Positions 8,064 through 15,705 of a stretch of 64,000 bases of DNA are shown here, piece after piece. The position numbers were made by a program, and so were the translations under genes. Positions within the stretch are counted from its first letter, which is position 1; every line of letters begins with the position of its first letter. Source of the DNA: Nitrososphaerota archaeon. Lineage in GTDB: Archaea > Thermoproteota > Nitrososphaeria > Nitrososphaerales > Gagatemarchaeaceae. Where the stretch lies: contig JACQFN010000005.1 of the NCBI GenBank assembly GCA_016200045.1, forward strand, positions 38,205-102,204, written 5' to 3'. Below the pieces are notes generated by a model. The model was not told where the DNA came from. It searched no databases and saw only the letters and a list, made by a program, of their open reading frames with translations.

Positions 8064-9809
8064 TCACTTGATGCTTTCTGCCACGAACTTCTCGTTGTTC
8101 TCGGTCTTCAGGAAGACGGGGACGTTCCGCTGCTTGGTGGCTTTGAACGAAACGAACAGCCACTCCCCGGTCCCCAAGTCAGCGGAGCGCTCCAGGACTT
8201 CGTAAGGAAGGGCGAATGCGTCGGCGATGACCATCCTGTCGTACATGCGCGGGAGGGTGCTCACGAAATAGCTGTGGAGCTGCTGCAGGGCGTTAACGTT
8301 GAGCCTTGCGACCCGCTGGGTCGCCATCCAGCAGTGCAGCCGGTATTTTCTCCCCTGCCTGAGGAGCTGCTCGACAGCCCTGTTCGACTGAGTCGTGTAC
8401 TCCCTGTCGGTGTGCTCGTCCGGTATGTACTCCTGCGCTTCGTCGAGGACGACGAGGACCCTCTGTTTGTTCCCGACCTTCTTCTTCAGGTAGAGGAGCC
8501 TCCTGATCAGGCGGTCGGCGGTCATCCTGGCCTGCACGGGCTCGGGCATGTATAGGATGTTGAGCCGCGGCGCGGTCCCTCGGGCGAGCTGCTCGGCGAG
8601 CTTTTCGGGGCTAAGCCTGACCGGCCCTGACGGCCCCAGGTCCTTCGACTCCAGCATCTGGATTATCGTGTCAAGGTCTGACCTGAGGCCCGACCTTTCA
8701 TTCACTTTCGAGTTGATGTCCTTGAGGATGGTCGAGAGCTCCGCCCGTGATTCGTCGTCCATGTCCGTGAGCCTTGTGCTCTGCCTGTAACCCCTCTTTT
8801 CGTAGAGGGTCAGGGTCAGGGTTGTGAGCCCGACCTTTGCCGCCGTCCCCCCGGCTCTCCCGCTCTCAACGGTCCCCTGAAGCAGGGTCTGGATCCAGGC
8901 CAGGTCGATCCCCCCCGCCTCCACCAGAGAAATTCGTTCCACTCCCCTTGAGAAGACCTTGGCCAGTGAGGCCTCGATGGCCTTTCTGCTCACGGCTTCT
9001 TCGAGGCTCTCCGGTATCGCCTGCGAGCTGACAAACTCCTCTTCGCTGTCGATCATCTCCGTCGTGTACACCCTGGAACTGGCGCCAAGAAGGTCGAGGA
9101 GGTTGACCGAATATTCCCCCGCTATGTCGAAGACGACCACGGAAAGCGAGGGGTCGCGTGCCAGAGCCCTCCTGACCAGGGCGCTCGTCAGGTTGGACTT
9201 TCCCGACCCTGTGAACGCGAAGAAGCCGCTGTGGTAACGGATCAGATTATCCATGCTGATGGTGAAGGGGAGGTCGAACCCGGCCATGGTCCCGACCAGC
9301 TCCCCCCCTGCCTCGCACAGGAACTTCTCGACCGCGTCCTTGGAGAGGAGGTAGGCCTCGGACCCGGGGAGGGGGGCGTGAGGGGCCCTCGCGAACTCGA
9401 GCTTCGGGGACAGCGTCGCCACATATGATGTCGGAATGGCGGCCAGGTCGATCCAGGTCTCCTGGGACTTCCCCCAGCTTTCCTTGATCGTGTCCAGGTA
9501 CTCCCTCCTGAGGAGGGTCGGCATGGAGGAATCGACCCCCGAGAGCTGGTAGTGCGTAGGGGTCACCCCGACGACCTCGTAGATCGGGTACCTCGTCGTC
9601 CCTTCCACCGTCCTTTCTATCGCGACGAAGGCCGGGAAGTAGAGCCGGTCGAGGACCTTGTAGCTGAACCTCGCCTCCAAGATCGCCAGGGGGTTCGAAA
9701 CGGTCAGCTCCCTCCCGTCGCTCTTCGACGACCTGGTCGTTACGGTGTTCCGCTTCAGCCTCGCCTCGAATTCCCCATCCATGTCGTCGAAGTATGGGCT
9801 CACGCTCAA
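8064..9809 (-). CDS. herA: HerA-like (DUF87, FtsK/HerA class) ATPase
   Basis: Walker A FAFTGSGKSNLTS and Walker B VLVVLDEAQEYIP. N-terminal barrel-like domain (YPIYEVVGVTPTHYQL). 4-nt overlap with the upstream NurA-like gene. Confidence 0.75.
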   Translation of the reverse strand: MSVSPYFDDMDGEFEARLKRNTVTTRSSKSDGRELTVSNPLAILEARFSYKVLDRLYFPAFVAIERTVEGTTRYPIYEVVGVTPTHYQLSGVDSSMPTLLRREYLDTIKESWGKSQETWIDLAAIPTSYVATLSPKLEFARAPHAPLPGSEAYLLSKDAVEKFLCEAGGELVGTMAGFDLPFTISMDNLIRYHSGFFAFTGSGKSNLTSALVRRALARDPSLSVVVFDIAGEYSVNLLDLLGASSRVYTTEMIDSEEEFVSSQAIPESLEEAVSRKAIEASLAKVFSRGVERISLVEAGGIDLAWIQTLLQGTVESGRAGGTAAKVGLTTLTLTLYEKRGYRQSTRLTDMDDESRAELSTILKDINSKVNERSGLRSDLDTIIQMLESKDLGPSGPVRLSPEKLAEQLARGTAPRLNILYMPEPVQARMTADRLIRRLLYLKKKVGNKQRVLVVLDEAQEYIPDEHTDREYTTQSNRAVEQLLRQGRKYRLHCWMATQRVARLNVNALQQLHSYFVSTLPRMYDRMVIADAFALPYEVLERSADLGTGEWLFVSFKATKQRNVPVFLKTENNEKFVAESIK

Positions 9810-11557
9810 TTTGTCCTGGACCTCGAGTGCTCGGCGTCCGCCCTCTGCTCTCTATAAGTGGTGACGAGCCCGAAGATCCGCCGCCTCCTTGATACTCCTC
9901 CCACTCTGAGGTCCGCGATTCCGCGCAGGGAACTCCTGAGAAGCCTGACCTCCGCCTTTACCGCCTTGTCGGCGAGGAAAAGCAGTTGGTTGTAGCCGAA
10001 CGCTTCGAACACCTCCGGGTTGTCGTTCATGGAGAGTATGTGCAGGATCAGGTTGGACCGCCTACTCAGGCCGTCCCCCTCGAAGTAGGCGTCCACCTCG
10101 GTCGGGCCCGCGTTCTCTTCCACCTGCAGCTTCCTCGTGGACCCGGAGTCTGAGTCATAGTCGTAGAGCCTGTCGAAAAGGAACACCTGCGATCGGACCG
10201 CCTGGTCGTGCTTCGACGTCCTAAGCTGGAAGAAGGAACGCGCGAACAGCTTTTCCCTGGAGACGACCTTCCGCGCGCTCCTGAACCTCCCGCCGATGTG
10301 GACAACCGTAGAGAAAGAAGAGTCGTAGCTCAGGGTCCTCCACGGGGTCCTTATCGACGGGTTCTCCGAGCTCAGGATGGACAGGAACGCCCGGTCGTTC
10401 TTGAGCCGTGGGGGAGGCGACCCTGGCCTTACCGCTCCCTCGGACAATGCGAACGGCAGGACCGACCTCGAGATGTCAGTGGCCGTCGTGTCCTTGGCGA
10501 TTCCGATCAGGAGGACCCCCCTTTGCCGAGCCTTCTCGCAGAGCAGCTCGAGCTGGATCAGAGCGAGGGTGTTCACGTCGAGGATCGTCAGGTACTCCTC
10601 TGAGTTCAGGGCGAGCGGGTGGACCTCTGCTGCGAAGACGGCCCGGGAGTACTCCGAGGACAGCTGGGAGACTCTTTCCCAGTAGCCGGACACGCCCGAA
10701 GCGAGTTCGACTCCTTCCTCCTCCCCGCGCTCAAGGATGCTCCACCCTGACCTCCGTTCCCTTGCCCTGACCTTCCTGACGGCGGACCTTACCCTCGACT
10801 CTTCCACCGCGAGCTCTGCCGCGATCTTGGCGAAGGTCTTTCGGCCCGGCAGAAGCGCCTTGATCACCGCGGCAGGGAGGTAGAGGCTTCTTGTCGGGAC
10901 GGCCATGGAAGGGGCCCCCAGGTTGAGCGCGAGGAAGATGTCGACCATCGAGGGGTGGCTCCCTCCCCCCCACTTCGTGAGCCTGCTCTCCCCCCTCTTG
11001 ATTAGGTTCCTCGTGTCGCGGGAGAGGGTGGAAAAGGTTCCGGAGAGCGGGCGGTCCAGGAACACGACCTTTGCCTTCTCGCAGGCTCTAACCGCGAGGT
11101 ACATTTCGCCGAGGGTCATGAAACAATTCGGTATCCTCTCCATGGAGTGTTCCAGCTCGATGTCGACCTCAGGTTCCCCGTTGAACACGCTTCCGAGGTC
11201 TTCGGCCCACAACGGGACGGCCGCGGTGGCAGCGAGCCTGGACTCCCTCCGTGCGCCTTCGAGGTCGAAGCGGATGTGGTCGCCCACGGTGAAGTGACAG
11301 CTGTACGCGGTCGAATTCGCGTAAAACAACATCATCTGGAGGCGCTCGTCGAAGTCCATCGAGCCGTCTATACCCGTGGCTACGTGCTCCCCGACACCGA
11401 AAAGCAGCCTTGCTGAGTCTTCGGCCTCGCTCTCGTCTACCTGGACAGTCAGGGCGGCAAGGTCCCCTCTGTTGCGGAACGAATCGGCCCGGGTCTCGAA
11501 ACGGGATATGAGTTCACGGGTCTGTCTCGAAAGTTCCCCGGCAATGTCGGCGGACAT
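9806..11557 (-). CDS. nurA: NurA-domain nuclease-like protein, enlarged (583 aa)
   Basis: The ordered motifs GIDGSMDF, LIGIAKDTTATD, FFQLRTSK and GYNQLLFLADKAVK resemble the NurA catalytic motifs. Contains an extra central insertion. Confidence 0.55.
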   Translation of the reverse strand: MSADIAGELSRQTRELISRFETRADSFRNRGDLAALTVQVDESEAEDSARLLFGVGEHVATGIDGSMDFDERLQMMLFYANSTAYSCHFTVGDHIRFDLEGARRESRLAATAAVPLWAEDLGSVFNGEPEVDIELEHSMERIPNCFMTLGEMYLAVRACEKAKVVFLDRPLSGTFSTLSRDTRNLIKRGESRLTKWGGGSHPSMVDIFLALNLGAPSMAVPTRSLYLPAAVIKALLPGRKTFAKIAAELAVEESRVRSAVRKVRARERRSGWSILERGEEEGVELASGVSGYWERVSQLSSEYSRAVFAAEVHPLALNSEEYLTILDVNTLALIQLELLCEKARQRGVLLIGIAKDTTATDISRSVLPFALSEGAVRPGSPPPRLKNDRAFLSILSSENPSIRTPWRTLSYDSSFSTVVHIGGRFRSARKVVSREKLFARSFFQLRTSKHDQAVRSQVFLFDRLYDYDSDSGSTRKLQVEENAGPTEVDAYFEGDGLSRRSNLILHILSMNDNPEVFEAFGYNQLLFLADKAVKAEVRLLRSSLRGIADLRVGGVSRRRRIFGLVTTYREQRADAEHSRSRTN

Positions 11558-11734
11558 GCCTAGCTTCCTTCACTGCGATCGCGAAAGACTTTCGACCACA
11601 ACAGGGAGGGTGCCCCGTTTCATCGTCAAAAAGGGTCCGTTGGGTAGTCCTCACCGCGCGAGTGAGTTCGGCGAAAGTATTCATCGGGTGGCAATTCGCA
11701 CGAATTTGTTAAACCGCGCCCGAGCGCAGGGACG

Positions 11735-11744
11735 CCTTAAATGC
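11735..11744 (+). promoter_or_regulatory. TATA-like box (CCTTAAATGC)
   Basis: Centre lies about 27 nt upstream of the TTG start at 11767. Confidence 0.35.
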
Positions 11745-11766
11745 GAAAAACCGTCTGGCGGGTCAG

Positions 11767-12528
11767 TTGGAAAGCGTGGCTGTACTCCCGGAAGGCGGTC
11801 TTGATGCGGCCGGACGAATCATCGACGTAGCAGAAGGGAAAGGGGTCAGGTTGAGGCTCATCGGCGGCCTCGCCTTCAAGCTCTTGTGCCCCAGCGCCAA
11901 CTCGGAGAAGTTCCGAAGGGAAAACAAGGACATCGACCTGATGGGCAAGAGGGAGGACGTCAGGGCGATAGTGAAGATAATGGAAACGCTCGGTTACAAG
12001 CCGAGGGAGATTTTCAACAAGCTCAACATGGGCCAGCGGCTGATCTACTACGACATGCTGAACATGAGGAGGGTCGACCTCTTCCTAGACGAGTTCATAA
12101 TGTGCCACAAGTTCAACTTCAAGGAAAGCCTGCTGGCGGGGATGAGGACCCTCCCCATCACCCAGCTGGTGATGACCAAACTCCAAGTTGTAGAGATGAC
12201 AGACAAGGAGTTCCTAGACCTCGAGGCCGCATTCAACGATTTCGATGTTGCCAGCGGAGGAAAAGGAATCCGGGGAGACGAGATCTCTGAGCTCTGCGCG
12301 AAGGACTGGGGGATGTACACCACCTTCAGGAAGAGCCTCCATGCCCTGTGCGAGAGGATCGCAGCCACCGACGGAGAGGGTTCCCCCGGAGCGCAGCGGG
12401 TCCGCCTCCTGATCAGGATGATGGACGAAAGGCCGAAGACACTCGGTTGGAAGATGAGGGCCAGGGTGGGGGAGCGTACTCGATGGTACGAGCTCCCGGA
12501 CACCGATGGCGACGCTGTCTTCGGCTAG
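11767..12528 (+). CDS. uncharacterised nucleotidyltransferase-family protein
   Basis: LRLIGGLAFKLLCP...NKDIDLMGKREDVRAIVKIMETLGYKP resembles the G-G...D-x-D minimal NTase fold (PF14907-like). Confidence 0.45.
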   Translation: MESVAVLPEGGLDAAGRIIDVAEGKGVRLRLIGGLAFKLLCPSANSEKFRRENKDIDLMGKREDVRAIVKIMETLGYKPREIFNKLNMGQRLIYYDMLNMRRVDLFLDEFIMCHKFNFKESLLAGMRTLPITQLVMTKLQVVEMTDKEFLDLEAAFNDFDVASGGKGIRGDEISELCAKDWGMYTTFRKSLHALCERIAATDGEGSPGAQRVRLLIRMMDERPKTLGWKMRARVGERTRWYELPDTDGDAVFG

Positions 12529-12857
12529 GTCTTCCTGATCCGGATGACCGCCCCTCCTTCCCTTCCGACCGCATAGTAGACCTTCGGGTCTGAGACCCTC
12601 AATTTCCGTCCGACGGAGGTGAGCTTGGCGTTTGCTATCTGAGGCCTGTCGTCTTCGACAACCACGGAGATCGCCGTACCCTTCTTAGCCCCGATCCTCT
12701 TCGCCATCTCTGCGGTCAGGTAGACACCGTCGTCCCCGTCGTCGAATTCCAGGTCCACCCTCATTCCCCCGTAGCTCGTGGACCCCACGAACCCCTTTTC
12801 GGTGAACGAAGTCACGTCCACGACGAACACGAGTTCACCCCGCGGGGACAGGCTCAA
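12525..12857 (-). CDS. hypothetical protein (110 aa)
   Basis: Third gene of a tight three-gene minus-strand set. The beta-rich VYLTAEMAKRIGAKKGTAISVVVEDD is reminiscent of AbrB/VAT-N-like barrels. No firm family. Confidence 0.4.
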   Translation of the reverse strand: MSLSPRGELVFVVDVTSFTEKGFVGSTSYGGMRVDLEFDDGDDGVYLTAEMAKRIGAKKGTAISVVVEDDRPQIANAKLTSVGRKLRVSDPKVYYAVGREGGAVIRIRKT

Positions 12858-12867
12858 GCCGTCGCTC

Positions 12868-13152
12868 CTATTCTGCTATCTCCCCTTCTTCTTCGCCTAC
12901 CTCGATCTCTTCCTCGACTATCTGTTCTCCGTGCTCGCCCGACATGTCTCCAAGTGGGTACCAATGCCTCTTGCCGTCGAGGGAAGGCATTTCCACCTCG
13001 GCGAACCCAGCCAGTATCATTCCCGTCATCACTCCGTTCCCCTGCCCGTCCCCGGATCGGACCCTGCTTACCGAGACCCCATCGTCGCCGAAGATCGCCT
13101 CCCGGCTCGCCTTGACCTTTACCTTGAGTCCCTTGGAAGGTTTGAGGTCCAT
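12868..13152 (-). CDS. hypothetical protein with acidic C-terminus (94 aa)
   Basis: ORF with coding-like GC3 bias and an EEEIEVGEEEGEIAE tail. No family recognised. Confidence 0.35.
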   Translation of the reverse strand: MDLKPSKGLKVKVKASREAIFGDDGVSVSRVRSGDGQGNGVMTGMILAGFAEVEMPSLDGKRHWYPLGDMSGEHGEQIVEEEIEVGEEEGEIAE

Positions 13153-13179
13153 GTGCGGAAATAATCCGTCTGGAGTTAC

Positions 13180-13509
13180 TTAAACGCTGAGCGACTGGAT
13201 TTCCCGGAGCAACTTCCGCGTTTCCAGCGCGAGGTGGGAGAGCCCTATCGGCTCCTTGCTCTTGGCGATGAAGGAGGAGGCTATCAAGGCCACCCCTGGG
13301 ACTCCGGTTATCGGATCGGGGGTGGCAACCAAGGCGATTCCGACCTTCCTCATGGTTTCGCTCAGCGACTTCGGTCTCGCGACCCGCTCCAGGTGCAGGT
13401 TGACGTCATCGGTGCGCATGGCGTCCGCGACTGCAACCTTCTCGCTCACGACCCTGGAAACAGATTCCGCGGAAGCGGCAAGCACCTTCTTACCTTGCGG
13501 TGGCTGCAC
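13180..13509 (-). CDS. hypothetical protein (109 aa)
   Basis: First gene of the three-gene set. Has a hydrophobic hairpin-like segment VGIALVATPDPITGVPGVALIASSFI. Confidence 0.35.
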   Translation of the reverse strand: MQPPQGKKVLAASAESVSRVVSEKVAVADAMRTDDVNLHLERVARPKSLSETMRKVGIALVATPDPITGVPGVALIASSFIAKSKEPIGLSHLALETRKLLREIQSLSV

Positions 13510-13573
13510 GACGGGTCTTCCTTTCTGCGGGTCGCGTTAATCGCCAGTGTCAAAAGACCTTGGGCCATCGCTA

Positions 13574-13583
13574 AACTAAATAG
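13574..13583 (+). promoter_or_regulatory. TATA box (AACTAAATAG)
   Basis: Centre lies about 26 nt upstream of the GTG start at 13605. Confidence 0.4.
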
Positions 13584-13604
13584 CAATCCGTTTGGATTTG
13601 GCGC

Positions 13605-13907
13605 GTGCCTAGGATCCTGACCACGGAGGAGGTACACGAGCGGCTGAAAGGCCTTCCCGGATGGGCGGTCGAAGGGAGTTTCATCACCAAGACGATCGAG
13701 TTCCCCTCCTTCATGGAAGGCATCGAGTTCCTGAACAGGGTCGCAGAAGTGGCCGAGGGACAGGACCACCACCCTGACATCTCAGTCAGATACACGAAGG
13801 TTAAGCTTGCCGTCCAGACGCACTCGGAGGGAGGGATAACCGCGAGGGACTTCCGGCTCGCAGAGGCGATTGAGAGAAAGGCCTTGGCGCAGAAAAAAGG
13901 GGCCTGA
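13605..13907 (+). CDS. pterin-4-alpha-carbinolamine dehydratase (PCD/DCoH)
   Basis: GWAVEG..ITKTIEFPSFMEGIEFLNRVAEVAEGQDHHPDISVRYTKVKLAVQTHSEGGIT is the PCD signature (HHPD). Confidence 0.85.
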   Translation: MPRILTTEEVHERLKGLPGWAVEGSFITKTIEFPSFMEGIEFLNRVAEVAEGQDHHPDISVRYTKVKLAVQTHSEGGITARDFRLAEAIERKALAQKKGA

Positions 13908-13925
13908 GTCGTTACTCGGCGTCTC

Positions 13926-13969
13926 GTCGTGGAAAACTAATATACCACTAGAAGTTGTATACCCACGAC
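13926..13969. promoter_or_regulatory. perfect 7-bp inverted repeat GTCGTGG-N30-CCACGAC bracketing the thermosome TATA box
   Basis: Arms at 13926-13932 and 13963-13969. The right arm covers the predicted transcription start region. Confidence 0.35.
13935..13944 (+). promoter_or_regulatory. TATA box (AACTAATATA) of the thermosome gene
   Basis: About 37 nt upstream of the ATG at 13977, which implies a short (about 10 nt) leader. Confidence 0.4.
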
Positions 13970-13976
13970 ATACACG

Positions 13977-15650
13977 ATGTCGACAGTTATACCCGCAGTC
14001 ACGTCGTCCGGACAGCCCGTCCTCATCCTGAAGGAGGGGTCGAGCCAGAACAGAGGCAAGGAGGCCCAAAGGAACAACATCGCCGCCGCGAAGCTGATAT
14101 CCGAAATCGTCAGGACTTCGATAGGGCCTCGCGGGATGGACAAGATGCTTGTCGACTCGCTGGGAGATGTGACAATCACCAACGACGGCGCCACCATGCT
14201 GAAGGAGATTGACGTGCAACATCCGGCCGCGAAGATGCTGGTAGAGGTCTCGAAGACCACAGACAACGAGGTCGGAGACGGCACGACTTCGGCGGTCGTC
14301 CTGGCTGGAGCGCTCCTGGAGAAGGCCGAAGAGCTTCTCGACAAGGACGTGCACCCCACCGTGATCGTTGACGGCTACTCGAAGGCGTCCAGAAGGGCTA
14401 TCGAAGCGCTCGAGGACATCGCCGAGAAGGTCACGCCGGAGGACAGAGATTGGCTGGTCAAGGTCGCGAGGACGAGCATGCAGACCAAGCTGGTTTCAAG
14501 GGAGGCCGAGAACCTCGCCGAGCTCGTCGTGGATGCGACCCTCGCAGTCGCGGAGAAGGGGGGGAAGGGGTTCAAGGTCGACATTGACAACGTGAAGGTC
14601 GAAAAGAAGCCCGGGGGCTCGCTCAAGGACACGAAGCTGGTCCAGGGGATCGTCCTGGACAAGGAGGTCGTCCATTCTGGGATGCCGAAGCGAATCGAAA
14701 AAGCGAAGATCGCGCTCGTCAGCGCACCGTTCGAGATCGAGAAGACAGAGTTCGATGCGAAGCTCAACATCAACGACCCCTCGATGATGAAGCGTTTCCT
14801 CGACGAGGAGACCAAGATGCTGAAGTCGATGGTTGACAAGGTCTCGGAGATCGGAGGGACCGTTGTGGTCTGCCAGAAGGGGATGGACGACATCGCCCAG
14901 CACTACCTCGCGAAGGCCGGGATTCTAGCGGTCAGGAGGGCGAAGGAGAGCGACATGACGAAGCTCGCCAGGGCGACGGGGGCGAGGGTGGTGAACAACT
15001 TCGAAGACCTCTCAGCCTCGGACCTCGGGTACGCAGCGCTCGTAGAGGAAAGGAAGGTCGAGGAGGACAGATGGGTGTTCGTCGAAGGGTGCAAGAATCC
15101 GAAGGCGGTCACTTTGCTGATAAGAGGCGGGACGCAGCGGATAGTGGACGAGGGCGAGCGCTCGCTCCACGACGCCCTGATGGTGACTAAGGACGTAATC
15201 GAGAAGCCGGCAATCGTCGCGGGAGGCGGGGCCGCGGAGGCAGAGGCGGCCTACCAGGTCATGAAGTGGGCCGAGAAACTGTCGGGGCGCGAGCAGCTGG
15301 CCGCCCAGAAGTTCGCGGAGGCGCTGGAATCTATTCCAATCGCCCTCGCCGAGAACGCAGGGCTTGACCCGATTGACGCCCAGGTCGAGTTCAGGGCCAA
15401 GCACGCGGAGAGCGGTAGCGGCGGCAAGTGGTTCGGGATCGAGGCGGCGGACGGGAAGGTAAAGGACATGTACCAGCGCCAGGTCTTCGAGCCCTTAGCG
15501 GTAAAGCTGCAGGTGATCCGGTCTGCGACAGAGGCCGCGTCGATGATCCTGCGGATTGACGACGTGATAGCGGCAGGGAAATCGAAGGCGCCGGCAGGAC
15601 CGCCCGGAGGGGGAGGAATAGGCGGGGACGGCGGCGGAGACTTCGACTAG
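13977..15650 (+). CDS. ths: thermosome subunit (group II chaperonin)
   Basis: [62 protein letters not shown], plus a Gly-rich C-terminal tail. 557 aa. Confidence 0.95.
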   Translation: MSTVIPAVTSSGQPVLILKEGSSQNRGKEAQRNNIAAAKLISEIVRTSIGPRGMDKMLVDSLGDVTITNDGATMLKEIDVQHPAAKMLVEVSKTTDNEVGDGTTSAVVLAGALLEKAEELLDKDVHPTVIVDGYSKASRRAIEALEDIAEKVTPEDRDWLVKVARTSMQTKLVSREAENLAELVVDATLAVAEKGGKGFKVDIDNVKVEKKPGGSLKDTKLVQGIVLDKEVVHSGMPKRIEKAKIALVSAPFEIEKTEFDAKLNINDPSMMKRFLDEETKMLKSMVDKVSEIGGTVVVCQKGMDDIAQHYLAKAGILAVRRAKESDMTKLARATGARVVNNFEDLSASDLGYAALVEERKVEEDRWVFVEGCKNPKAVTLLIRGGTQRIVDEGERSLHDALMVTKDVIEKPAIVAGGGAAEAEAAYQVMKWAEKLSGREQLAAQKFAEALESIPIALAENAGLDPIDAQVEFRAKHAESGSGGKWFGIEAADGKVKDMYQRQVFEPLAVKLQVIRSATEAASMILRIDDVIAAGKSKAPAGPPGGGGIGGDGGGDFD

Positions 15651-15705
15651 CCCGACAGCTACACGCGAATCCATTAAGTAGAACTGTGCCCGTCGAGGTT
15701 CCGAA

